64,000 bases of DNA from an uncultured Gammaproteobacteria bacterium (GTDB taxonomy: Bacteria; Pseudomonadota; Gammaproteobacteria; Pseudomonadales; JAHEGP01): NCBI GenBank assembly GCA_963751595.1, contig CAVVVC010000001.1, positions 875,741-939,740 of the forward strand. Reading direction: 5' to 3'. The notes beneath the pieces were generated by a model that worked only from the letters and a program-made list of their open reading frames with translations, was not told where the DNA came from and searched no databases. Each line of letters begins with the position of its first letter. Positions within the stretch are counted from its first letter, which is position 1. This document shows, piece by piece, positions 28,414 through 36,596 of this stretch. The translations under genes and the position numbers were made by a program.

Positions 28414-28755
28414 ATGCAAACTATCGTTGAACTCCCCGAATTCCAGAAGCGAGCATCTGGCTTACTCAAGGAGGGCGAGAAAGATAGCATTATTAGTTAC
28501 TTGGCATTGCACCCTAAATCAGGTGACCTTATGCAAGGTACTGGCGGTATTCGCAAGCTGCGGTGGTCTGCACAAGGCAAGGGCAAGAGTGGTGGTGTCC
28601 GAGTAATTTACTATTTCCACAACGACACAATGCCTTTGTTTCTACTAACCGTATTTGGTAAAGGTGAGAAAGCCAACCTCAGCCAAGCTGAACGCAATGA
28701 ACTGGCTGGATTCACAAACCTCTTACTCAAACACTATGGTGGTTCAAATGGCTAG
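28414..28755 (+). CDS. Cassette 5: RelE/ParE-superfamily toxin (HigB2-like)
   Basis: 113 aa. GGIRKLRWSAQGKGKSGGVRVIYYFHNDTMPLFLLTVFGKGEKANLS is typical of this toxin group. Followed by an overlapping HTH antitoxin. Confidence 0.75.
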   Translation: MQTIVELPEFQKRASGLLKEGEKDSIISYLALHPKSGDLMQGTGGIRKLRWSAQGKGKSGGVRVIYYFHNDTMPLFLLTVFGKGEKANLSQAERNELAGFTNLLLKHYGGSNG

Positions 28756-29035
28756 CGCATTCTCAAGTATTAAGCAGGGCCTCACTGAGGCCATCGACTA
28801 TTCAGAAGGTAAGCTCAAAAAAGCAGTAGTCCATGAATTCGGCCCTCTTGATGTCAAAGCAATTCGCGCAAAGGTGGGTATGTCGCAAAGCGAATTTGCG
28901 TCAGCGTTCGGCATCAGTGTCAGCACTCTTCGGCACTGGGAGCGCGGTGATCGTACTCCTCAAGGGCCTGCATTGGTTTTGTTAAATGTTGTGGCTAAAG
29001 AGCCTGATGTTGTGCTTCGTGCTCTGGCCTCGTAA
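28748..29035 (+). CDS. Cassette 5: HTH (XRE-type) antitoxin (HigA2-like)
   Basis: ATG 28748 overlaps the toxin end by 8 nt. IRAKVGMSQSEFASAFGISVSTLRHWERGDRTPQGPA is an XRE HTH. Confidence 0.75.
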   Translation: MASAFSSIKQGLTEAIDYSEGKLKKAVVHEFGPLDVKAIRAKVGMSQSEFASAFGISVSTLRHWERGDRTPQGPALVLLNVVAKEPDVVLRALAS

Positions 29036-29036
29036 G

Positions 29037-29141
29037 TGCTAACAAGTTGCTCCACTCGGACTCCGTAAGTCGTCGCGGTTTTTGCGGAAAGTCAGCAAAA
29101 ACACTCGCCAACTTACTCCGCCGGTGAGCAAGGCGTTATAT
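29037..29141 (+). other. attC5
   Basis: R'' TGCTAAC ... R' GTTATAT, 105 bp. R'' complements the cassette-5 start GTTAGCA. Confidence 0.8.
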
Positions 29142-29181
29142 GGCCTAATTGAAATGACATCGCAAGATATTAAATATTTGT

Positions 29182-30866
29182 GTAACTACTCACCCCCTCC
29201 ATCAAAAAAAGCTTGACAGGTTTTTCGCCGCATCCTTTTCGTAAATCCAGATGGCTGCCAAATACGCAGCGTGTAGCGGCACAGTGCCGGCATAAGCATT
29301 GATCTTCATGGTTACGAAAAAGCACTAGTCGAGACCATTATTCTTGCTCCTGCGCCTTCCTGAGTTGCCGAAAAAACCCATGATATATTGCGTTATCGAC
29401 GCAATCGTATCGCAACGACATGGCCAGCATTAATACCTCCTCGGTTCGTGAAGAACTTGACCGGCTGAAAAACGAATTCAAGCGACTGTCTTCTGAGCAG
29501 AAGATTTCTGGTGAAATCACATTGCTGATGAGCAGTATGCTCACGCTGCTGGAACTGATTTGCGCGATCTTTCTGGAGAAGTCGACCACCAAAAATAGCC
29601 AGAACTCCAGCAAGCCCTCGTCTCAAACGGACAAGGATGAAACAGCACTGGGTCAGCCTGGCAGCAAGGCAAAAGGCAAGACGGAACGCCGGCAGTCCGC
29701 TTACAACACGCGCACCATCGAAACGACAAGCGTTGCAGTGGTAAGCACCTGCGATATCTGTGGTGAAGATCTCACCGGCACCGCCTGCCTTAAACATGAG
29801 CGGCGCACCAAAATCGATATCATTTTTGAGAAGACGGTCGAGCATGTGGATGCCGAGATCAAGCACTGCTCAGTCTGTTCTGCCGAGGTCAAAGGCCAGT
29901 TTCCTTCGGACATGCCCGGGCCGTTGCAATATGGCAATGGGTTGAAGGCCTACGTGATTAACATGCTGGTCTGCCAGATGGTCGCATTGAACCGGGTACA
30001 AAAAGCAGTGAGCGCGATGATCGGCCAGGTGATCTCCGAAGCGACCCTGCTCAAGTACGTCCTGCGACTCCACGAGGCGCTGGCCGACTGGGAGAAGGAT
30101 GCGATCAGGCAGCTATTGCAGAGCCCTGCGATGCACGTGGATGAGACGTCGTTGCGAGTTGATCAGAAAAATCACTGGATACATGTCTATGCAGCCGATG
30201 ACATCACCTTGAAACGACTGCATCGAAAACGGGGCAAGGAAGCGATAGAGGCGATTGATATCATTCCTCGATACGGCGGCGTGATCATCCATGATTGCTG
30301 GGCATCCTATTTATCCTATGCACATTGCGGACACGGTTTGTGCGGATCGCACCTGTTGCGTGAGCTGACGTTTATCGTCGAGTCCAATGGTTATATCTGG
30401 GCAAAAAATATGAAGCGCGCCCTGCAGGAAACCTGCAAGGCTGTTTCGGCAAGCCCTGACAAGTGTCTCCGCGATGACGCCTACGCGAACTTGCAAAAAC
30501 GCTATCGGGCTATTTTGACGCGCGGCGAGAAGGAACTTCCGGTGATACCGGACAGGCCGCAGGGAAAGCGCGGGAAAATGGCTAAGTCGGACGCACACAA
30601 CTTGTGGGAGCGACTCAAAGAGCACGAGCAAGCGGTATTATTGTTTGCCAAAGAGGGCCATGTGGCTTTCACCAACAACCGTGCCGAGCGGGATCTTCGA
30701 ATGTCGAAGGTCAAGCAGAAAGTATCCGGTTGTTTCAGAAACAGCCAATACGCTGACGCCTATTGTCGAATATCCAGTTACCTGCAGACCATGGCGAACA
30801 AGGGGCACAACCCGCTGATTGCCATTCAGATGGCACTGGCAGGGGAGATGGGGGGCGAGTAGTTAC
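29182..30866 (+). mobile_element. IS66-family insertion sequence, copy 1 (single-ORF, ISBst12-like group)
   Basis: 1685 bp. Terminal inverted repeats GTAACTACTCACCCCC / GGGGGCGAGTAGTTAC. Flanked by the 8-bp direct repeat ATATTTGT (29174-29181 and 30867-30874). Confidence 0.85.
29420..30862 (+). CDS. IS66-family transposase
   Basis: 480 aa with N-terminal coiled coil, zinc-finger-like CDICG...CSVC, and DDE region DETSLRVDQKNHWIHVY...IIHDCWASY. No tnpA or tnpB accessory ORFs. Confidence 0.85.
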   Translation: MASINTSSVREELDRLKNEFKRLSSEQKISGEITLLMSSMLTLLELICAIFLEKSTTKNSQNSSKPSSQTDKDETALGQPGSKAKGKTERRQSAYNTRTIETTSVAVVSTCDICGEDLTGTACLKHERRTKIDIIFEKTVEHVDAEIKHCSVCSAEVKGQFPSDMPGPLQYGNGLKAYVINMLVCQMVALNRVQKAVSAMIGQVISEATLLKYVLRLHEALADWEKDAIRQLLQSPAMHVDETSLRVDQKNHWIHVYAADDITLKRLHRKRGKEAIEAIDIIPRYGGVIIHDCWASYLSYAHCGHGLCGSHLLRELTFIVESNGYIWAKNMKRALQETCKAVSASPDKCLRDDAYANLQKRYRAILTRGEKELPVIPDRPQGKRGKMAKSDAHNLWERLKEHEQAVLLFAKEGHVAFTNNRAERDLRMSKVKQKVSGCFRNSQYADAYCRISSYLQTMANKGHNPLIAIQMALAGEMGGE

Positions 30867-31308
30867 ATATTTGTTATTTTTCATGGTAAGCATTTTGGTC
30901 TTTGCGCTAGCTTTAATGTATGACCAGAAGGTTATGCTTGTCATTTCAGGGCTATTCGTCGCATTATTTTTATGGCACTCATCAAGCAACCTAATTTATG
31001 CGTCTAAACATAATGTAGGCTATGTATCCAAATTGCTTAACTCGGCAATTGCAGAAAATGATCCTGACAACGTCTTAAATGACCCGAGTGATCCAGATTA
31101 CAGTGAGTTTGAAGCATTTTCCGGTGTGCCTATTATCAACAATAAACAACTAAATAAAATCCGCTTAAGGTGCCACTATCTCATAAACGATGATGAGTAT
31201 TTCAATCACCGAGACGACGATAATTACACTCTATTTGTTACCGATAAAGGCAAGCAAGAGCTCACAAAACTTATTAATGAAATTAAGGATAACTATGAAA
31301 AATCGGCC

Positions 31309-31395
31309 ATATAACAAGGTGCGGCACGCACCGGCAGCAAGCTGCCTCGGACAGCCAAACCTGCGGTTTGTCTGCCCGTGCGCACGGCGCTATGA
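31309..31395 (+). other. attC6 (non-canonical R')
   Basis: R'' ATATAAC complements the cassette-6 start GTTATAT. R' reads GCTATGA (GTT changed to GCT), 87 bp. Confidence 0.65.
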
Positions 31396-31419
31396 GTAGC
31401 TTATCTGGATATTGATACT

Positions 31420-31734
31420 ATGGATTCAGTGGAATACGAACATCGCTGTGAGTCTATGCCAAGCGACGGTGTTTTTGTGCATCGTTCGAAGTACTGGGAC
31501 GAGGATAGTAGTTGGGAGTGGAACCTTATCATTCAGCGATGTGCAGATGAATCTGACCTTGACGAAAACCACTACCTTGAAGAGGTGGGCGATATAATCT
31601 GGTATACCGTTGTTGGCATCTCTCATTGCCCTTTCTGCGGTAAAAACTTGGAATCCAGTGGTTTGCAATCCGGCGATCGTGAAGCTGAGTTTAAGCACGT
31701 AGATTCATCCGGTTGGTCGAGTAGGGAAATGTGA
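31420..31734 (+). CDS. Cassette 7: hypothetical acidic protein
   Basis: 104 aa, contains HCPFCG. No recognised domain. Fills the cassette between attC6 and attC7. Confidence 0.5.
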   Translation: MDSVEYEHRCESMPSDGVFVHRSKYWDEDSSWEWNLIIQRCADESDLDENHYLEEVGDIIWYTVVGISHCPFCGKNLESSGLQSGDREAEFKHVDSSGWSSREM

Positions 31735-31747
31735 GCAAGTCCGCCTC

Positions 31748-31816
31748 TCATAACCAGGCAAGGCTACGGACACAAATACGCTGCGCGCATTTTTGCCGCA
31801 GCTCGCAGCGTTACGC
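31748..31816 (+). other. attC7
   Basis: R'' TCATAAC ... R' GTTACGC, 69 bp. Confidence 0.75.
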
Positions 31817-31819
31817 GTC

Positions 31820-31848
31820 TTGACGTGCGTTGCGCAACACGCTACCCT
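31820..31848 (+). promoter_or_regulatory. Cassette-8 TA promoter with operator palindrome
   Basis: TTGACG (31820-31825), perfect palindrome GTTGCGCAAC (31829-31838), weak -10 TACCCT (31843-31848). Confidence 0.4.
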
Positions 31849-31854
31849 TTCTAC

Positions 31855-32133
31855 ATGATCAAGTCCTTCAAGCACAAAGGGCTCAAAAAGTTCTACGAGA
31901 CTGGCAGCAAACAGGGCATACAGGCTCAGCAAGCACCAAAGATTCGTATGCAGCTTGCCGCCCTGGATTCAGCCCATGACATCGAAGACCTTGCTATCCC
32001 CGGATATCGGTTGCATCAACTAAAAGGCGAGCGGAAGGGTATTTGGTCAATTTCGGTAAGCGGGAACTGGCGAATTACGTTTGAATTTTTTGACGGCAAT
32101 GCCTATATCGTCAACTACGAGGATTATCACTAA
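31855..32133 (+). CDS. higB: Cassette 8: HigB-family toxin (plasmid maintenance killer protein)
   Basis: Start at ATG 31855 (MIKSFKHKGLKKFYETGSKQGIQ...). The ending WRITFEFFDGNAYIVNYEDYH is classic HigB. Confidence 0.8.
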   Translation: MIKSFKHKGLKKFYETGSKQGIQAQQAPKIRMQLAALDSAHDIEDLAIPGYRLHQLKGERKGIWSISVSGNWRITFEFFDGNAYIVNYEDYH

Positions 32134-32426
32134 TGGCTATGCACAACCCTCCTCATCCAGGTGAGTTTATCCAGGCGACCTACATGGAGCCGTTTGGCCT
32201 TAGCTGCCGTTATTTGGCGGAGCAGCTCGATGTAGCCGCATCTACGCTTAATCGGGTCCTGAAAAAGCAAAGCGGCATTAGCCCCGAGATGGCACTGCGT
32301 CTCTCCAAGGCATTGGGCCGCAGCCCTGAAAGTTGGCTGACCATGCAGGATGCATATGATCTCTTCCAAGCTAGAAAAGGAGTCAAACTTAATCGCGTCC
32401 AAAAGGTCAGTCTTGATGCCGCGTAA
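32133..32426 (+). CDS. higA: Cassette 8: HigA-family antitoxin (HTH)
   Basis: 97 aa. HPGEFIQATYMEPFGLSCRYLAEQLDVAASTLNRVLKKQSGISPEMALRLSKALG. The ATG overlaps the higB stop. Confidence 0.8.
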   Translation: MAMHNPPHPGEFIQATYMEPFGLSCRYLAEQLDVAASTLNRVLKKQSGISPEMALRLSKALGRSPESWLTMQDAYDLFQARKGVKLNRVQKVSLDAA

Positions 32427-32480
32427 CAAGTACAAGCAGGCGGACTGGCCTACCGCCAGCCGCTGTTGTAGGCGTTAGGG
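32421..32480 (+). other. attC8
   Basis: R'' GCGTAAC (overlaps the higA stop) ... R' GTTAGGG, 60 bp. R'' complements the cassette-8 start GTTACGC. Confidence 0.8.
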
Positions 32481-32505
32481 TCTCCTACCGCGCTATTTCC
32501 AACTC

Positions 32506-32542
32506 TTGCCAAAGCTCCCATAGTGGTATATTTTCTATACCA
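32506..32542 (+). promoter_or_regulatory. Cassette-9 TA promoter with inverted repeat
   Basis: TTGCCA (32506-32511), TATATT/TATTTT -10 (32527-32534). Inverted repeat TGGTATA...TATACCA spans 32524-32542. The ATG at 32545 implies a near-leaderless mRNA. Confidence 0.4.
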
Positions 32543-32544
32543 TC

Positions 32545-32805
32545 ATGAAGTTCCAATATGACCAGATAAAGAGCGCCTCCAATCTCAAGAAACATGGGAT
32601 TGATTTTGAGCGGGCTCAATTGCTTTGGGATGACCCGAACTTGGTGGAATTGGCAGCAAGATCTGTCGACGAGCCAAGATCATTCGTTATTGCTCGCTTA
32701 AATGGTCAGTACTGGTCCGCCATATTTACAAATCGAGATGACGAGATTCGATTAATTTCGGTGAGGCGATCTCGAAAAGTTGAGGTAGAGCTCTATGAAG
32801 GCTAA
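32545..32805 (+). CDS. brnT: Cassette 9: BrnT-family toxin (DUF497)
   Basis: 86 aa. FQYDQIKSASNLKKHGIDFERAQLLWDDPN...IRLISVRRSRKVE matches the BrnT pattern. Confidence 0.75.
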   Translation: MKFQYDQIKSASNLKKHGIDFERAQLLWDDPNLVELAARSVDEPRSFVIARLNGQYWSAIFTNRDDEIRLISVRRSRKVEVELYEG

Positions 32806-33028
32806 AGATTTCGACAAAAAGTTCGATCAGGGCAAGGAAGACATAATTGAAGACCTGGAGCTTTCCAGCCTTAAGCGGCCGAACCAGACACCGCGAAGAG
32901 TTAACGTGGATTTTCCTGAATGGATGATCGTATCTCTAGACAAAGAGGCGGCAAGATTAGGTGTTACTCGACAGTCCATCATCAAAGTCTGGCTGGCAGA
33001 ACGCCTTGAACACGCCCCTAACAAGTAA
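32795..33028 (+). CDS. brnA: Cassette 9: BrnA-like antitoxin (RHH/CopG type)
   Basis: 77 aa, overlaps brnT by 11 nt. RVNVDFPEWMIVSLDKEAARLGVTRQSIIKVWLAERL is an RHH fold. Confidence 0.7.
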   Translation: MKAKDFDKKFDQGKEDIIEDLELSSLKRPNQTPRRVNVDFPEWMIVSLDKEAARLGVTRQSIIKVWLAERLEHAPNK

Positions 33029-33070
33029 AGGCTGCCGACGGTTTCACCGGCGCAGCTTTAAGCGTTAATT
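33016..33070 (+). other. attC9
   Basis: R'' CCCTAAC ... R' GTTAATT, 55 bp. R'' complements the cassette-9 start GTTAGGG. Confidence 0.8.
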
Positions 33071-33076
33071 GCCCTC

Positions 33077-33106
33077 TTGAGCATCGCAACGCTATAACGT
33101 TATAAT
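33077..33106 (+). promoter_or_regulatory. Cassette-10 TA promoter with operator palindromes
   Basis: TTGAGC (33077-33082), N18, TATAAT (33101-33106). Palindrome ATAACGTTAT (33094-33103) is nested in AACGCTA...TAGCGTT. Confidence 0.5.
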
Positions 33107-33132
33107 GCCCTAGCGTTGTTGCGGAGGTCGCT

Positions 33133-33366
33133 ATGAGCAATTTGTCAAAGCGCTCAACTATCTATTTTGAGCCCAATATCCACCAAGCCCTGAAAGTTCG
33201 GGCTGCATCGTCACATTTGTCCGTGTCTGAGCTTGTTGACGAGGCGGTCCGTCTCCTTATGAGTGAGGACCAAGAAGACCTGGCAGCATTCTCTGAGCGA
33301 GAGAGCGAAAAGGAGATTAGCTATGAAGCCTTGCTTAACGATTTAAAGAAGCATGGCAAAATTTAG
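33133..33366 (+). CDS. Cassette 10: RHH antitoxin (RelB/ParD-like)
   Basis: 77 aa with GGAGG RBS. STIYFEPNIHQALKVRAASSHLSVSELVDEAVRLLM is an RHH motif. Confidence 0.7.
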   Translation: MSNLSKRSTIYFEPNIHQALKVRAASSHLSVSELVDEAVRLLMSEDQEDLAAFSERESEKEISYEALLNDLKKHGKI

Positions 33367-33616
33367 GATTACCTTTAAGAAATCTGTTGCCAAAGACTTA
33401 CGGAGCATCCCTCCAGCAGACGTTAAACGTATTTTGCAAAGAATCGAAATACTTGCAGAGAACCCAAGAGGGGAAGGGTGCGTCAAATTATCAGCCGAGG
33501 AACGGTATAGGGTGCGCCAAGGAGTTTACCGTGTTGTCTATGAAATCCGTGATGAATCTCTCGTTGTACTGGTGGTAAAAGTTGCTCACCGATCAGTCGT
33601 TTACAAGGGCAATTAA
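33353..33616 (+). CDS. relE: Cassette 10: RelE/ParE-family toxin
   Basis: 87 aa, overlaps the antitoxin by 14 nt. FKKSVAKDLRSIP...YRVRQGVYRVVYEIRDESLVVLVVKVAHR is the RelE/StbE pattern. Confidence 0.75.
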   Translation: MAKFRITFKKSVAKDLRSIPPADVKRILQRIEILAENPRGEGCVKLSAEERYRVRQGVYRVVYEIRDESLVVLVVKVAHRSVVYKGN

Positions 33617-33667
33617 CAGGGCCATGTTGCGGACAACTTTCAGTCGCCGCAAATGGCGGCGTTAGGC
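33611..33667 (+). other. attC10
   Basis: R'' AATTAAC (overlaps the relE stop) ... R' GTTAGGC, 57 bp. R'' complements the cassette-10 start GTTAATT. Confidence 0.8.
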
Positions 33668-33766
33668 GAAAAAGGACGCGTCCTTTTAATGTCTTAACGA
33701 GAATCGTGGACTTTAGATGAACTCAGTAAGGAGATTGGGCGAAAAATGAGTGCCGTTAAAGTATTT

Positions 33767-35480
33767 AGAGCCTGCTCATAAACTTGCCAGCAGTGCATTT
33801 TCCAGCGCCAGGCGCCGCCACTGCTCCACCCACGCCCGCCATTGCTCAACGCAAGTTTTGACGCGGTTCGGGAGCCCGTGCTCTCCTCCAGCCCTGGTCT
33901 TTCTCCAGAGCCAATAAAACACCTCCAACAGGATCAACAGGTTCATCACCAGAAAGATGCTGTTGATCCACGCCCTGGACGTATCGGATCGCTTCGCCCG
34001 GATGTAGTTGAGTCGGTAGCCGTTCTTGCCCTGACCGAACTTGCCCTCAATCGGAATCCGCTGCAGATACGCTTCGCGTCGCATGGCTGCCAGCCGTTTC
34101 AGCGCCCCCTGGTTTTCCTCGGTCACTTTCTTCGGCCTGCCCAGGGGCTTTCCTGCAAAACGGATGCCGCGGTCTTTGAGGTATCGACGGTTGTCAGTCC
34201 CGGCTACCGTAAAGCGTGTCGCCCAGAACCACTGCAGGATAAACACCATGATGCTCCCGATAGGCCTCGACTTGTGAGGGCAAGTCATGGCCTTCATGGA
34301 AAGCATCCCACCGCAGGTGATCGACTCGCGCCACACCGTCACCGGTGAGGCTGACACTGAGCTTGGCACCGAACTCCGTCGGCTTGTCCACTTTGCCGCG
34401 GACAATCGGCCGCACGTACGGCTGGCTGATGCTCACGATGCGATCATCGCAACGTCTGGTCTTGCTGTGGTACATCGCCCACTGTTGAGCAAACACATGC
34501 TGGATCACCCAGTACCGGTGCAACAACCAGCGTGGCAAGGGTAATGGCCTATAAGCCGGAAAGTGCGTTAACAGCTGCTCAATGTGGCCCAGGTTGCGGC
34601 GCAGGTACTGCAGCTGTTGCTTGATGCCACGGCGTATCAACTTTGCGCCCGGGCGCTTCTTCTTCACGATGGCGAGGTAGGCCTTGCGCGCTTTGTGCCG
34701 GTAGGTCCGGGGCTTATGCGTCAGCCCTGCCTTGGCATAGAGCCGGTCGATGATCTGTTCGCTGAACTCCCTGGCCTCATTCAGCAGGCTAAGGTCTGTC
34801 GGGAAGCGGATCGCCTGTGGTGCAACGGTGGCATCGAGGATCAGCTTTCCCTGATGCGTCGCTTCTTCTGCGGTAGGCGCCGGCTCGCCAGCCGAGCCCC
34901 CCGGTGGCGGGTTATCGTCGTTCTCCGCCGGTGTTTGCCGCTTTGCCACCCCCTTCTTCGCTTTGTCTTGCTCCACAGCCTCAATGACCGCCTCATAAAA
35001 AACATCAAACACGGATTGCCCCATACGCTTGCGGATCTCGACAAACAGCGACGGGACGAAAGGGGCTTCCATCTGATAACCGGGCAAGCCGACGAAGTAT
35101 TGGAGATAGGGGTTTTCCTGAATCTGTGCCACGGTCTCCCGGTCGGAGAGGCTCAGCTTGTGCTTGATAATCACAGCACCAATGACCAGGCGGGCATCTT
35201 TGGTCGGCCGCCCCTGTGTGCTGGAAAGGCCTTCGTAATAGGCCTCGGCCAGCGCGTCCCAGGGAATGCACTGACTCATCTTAATCCAGCGGTTGTTTTC
35301 ATCCAGCGCGGTCTGGAAGGGCCAATCAAACTCTGCCAGGGAGAGCTGACGATGACTCTGTGTTCGGATCATGGGTGCACGCTTTTTAAAGGCGGGGGCT
35401 TGTTTTTCGTGCACCATTGTACCCCTGAAACGAGCAAATACCTATATGAATCAATGTTTTAAGGTTTATGAGCAGGCTCT
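33767..35480 (-). mobile_element. IS1182-like (IS5-related) insertion sequence
   Basis: 1714 bp with perfect 17-bp terminal inverted repeats AGAGCCTGCTCATAAAC. Flanked by the 4-bp direct repeat ATTT (33763-33766 and 35481-35484). Confidence 0.8.
33776..35372 (-). pseudogene. IS1182/IS5-type DDE transposase, frameshifted
   Basis: The N-terminal ORF (MIRTQSHRQLSLAEFDWPF...GDTLYGSRD*) stops at 34194. The sequence continues in another frame as DNRRYLKDRGIRFAGKPLGRPKK.... The junction reads GGTAGCCGGGACTGACAACCG. Confidence 0.7.
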
Positions 35481-36502
35481 ATTTATTGGCTCTTCTTCCG
35501 AAGGGCTAGAAGTTGCCCGGCAAGTACAGGTTACCCTCGATGATCAGGACATACAGGTTGTTGTTTGGGATCAGGGTGTGTTTGAGCCCGGAAAGTCGTA
35601 CTTATCCGCTCTGTTAGAGGCGACTGAGAGTTTCGATTTTGCGGTGCTGGTACTCTCTTCAGACGACGCCATAGTCTCTCGCGGTACAGAATACGATGCC
35701 CCACGCGATAATGCGTTGATCGAGCTAGGCCTGTTCCTAGGCTCTATAGGTAGAGATCGAACGTTTTTCTTGTATGATAAAAATAGTCCACCGAAAATGG
35801 CTTCGGATTTGGCCGGTATTTGCGGCGTTACGTACTTTGGTAATGCAGAAAATATACGTGCAGCAGTTGGAAGCGCGTGTACGATTATCCGCGAAAGAAT
35901 TCACAAGTTAGGAGCCATCCCTCATGAGTCATCATTTAAAATAATTAATGACCCAAAGATATTATGCGTAGGTGGGGAGCGACTTTCCGATCTGGGCTTT
36001 GCAAAAGACTATGAAATTCTACGGAAATTGTTCAATCATGTGGAAGGGGAGAGCCAAGCAACAAGTCATTGGTTGCGAAAAAAGCTTTTTCAGGAGCAGT
36101 TCGATTTGATTCACGTTTGTGCCACGGTAGATCCGAATACAGGAGATTTAGTTCTATCCCAGGATGATCGTATGGCTCCTAGTGCTTTTGGTGCAGCTGT
36201 AAAGAGATCTGAAACAAATTTGGTCGTCCTTGCAGGTTGTAACTCGGTTCAACTTGCAGAGCACGTCGCTCGAGTTACCAACATGGTCGCAGCGACACGT
36301 ACCGCTGCTATCAATGTGTTCGTGGAATGGGAAGTGATATTTTACCTGTTGCTCAGCAAGGGTGAGCTACTATCGAAAGTGCACGATGAAGCTAAGGCAG
36401 CAACAGGCGCCCCGGTTATTTTATTGCCAAAGAATGACGTTGCGTTCCAAAGTATTGGTTCTACCACATGATTAAATTCTTGTGTTTTGTCTGTGCGTAC
36501 TC

Positions 36503-36583
36503 GCATAACAAAGCCGTAAACTCGGACGCATTTTTCGTTCGCTTCGCTCTCTACAAATGCGCCGGTTACGGCCGGCGTTAGGC
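36503..36583 (+). other. attC11
   Basis: R'' GCATAAC ... R' GTTAGGC, 81 bp. One mismatch to the complement of the cassette-11 start. Confidence 0.7.
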
Positions 36584-36596
36584 ATCCAAGTTAGCC

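Larger units (their letters stand above)
29154..31314 (+). pseudogene. Cassette 6: hypothetical two-TM protein gene interrupted after codon 9 by IS66-family copy 1
   Basis: Removing 29182-30874 (the IS plus one target duplication) restores ATG ACA TCG CAA GAT ATT AAA TAT TTG TTA TTT TTC ATG..., giving MTSQDIKYLLFFMVSILVFALAL... in frame to stop 31314. Confidence 0.7.
33746..36471 (+). pseudogene. Cassette 11: TIR-like (Cap12/ThsB-like nucleotide-binding) protein with C-terminal His/Cys domain, interrupted after codon 7 by an IS1182-like element
   Basis: Removing 33767-35484 restores MSAVKVFIGSSSEGLEVARQVQVTLDD...FDFAVLVLSSDDAIVSRGTEYDAPRDNALIELGLFLGSIGRDRTFFLY...ASDLAGI in frame (335 aa). 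AAGGAG RBS at 33727. Confidence 0.7.

Noticed and set aside
30763-31314. 183-aa ORF starting inside IS66 copy 1 (and likewise the 366-aa ORF at 35371 starting inside the IS1182-like element)
   Set aside because: The N-terminal extensions are read-through from IS ends into interrupted cassette genes. The true gene starts are at 29154 and 33746, upstream of the insertions.
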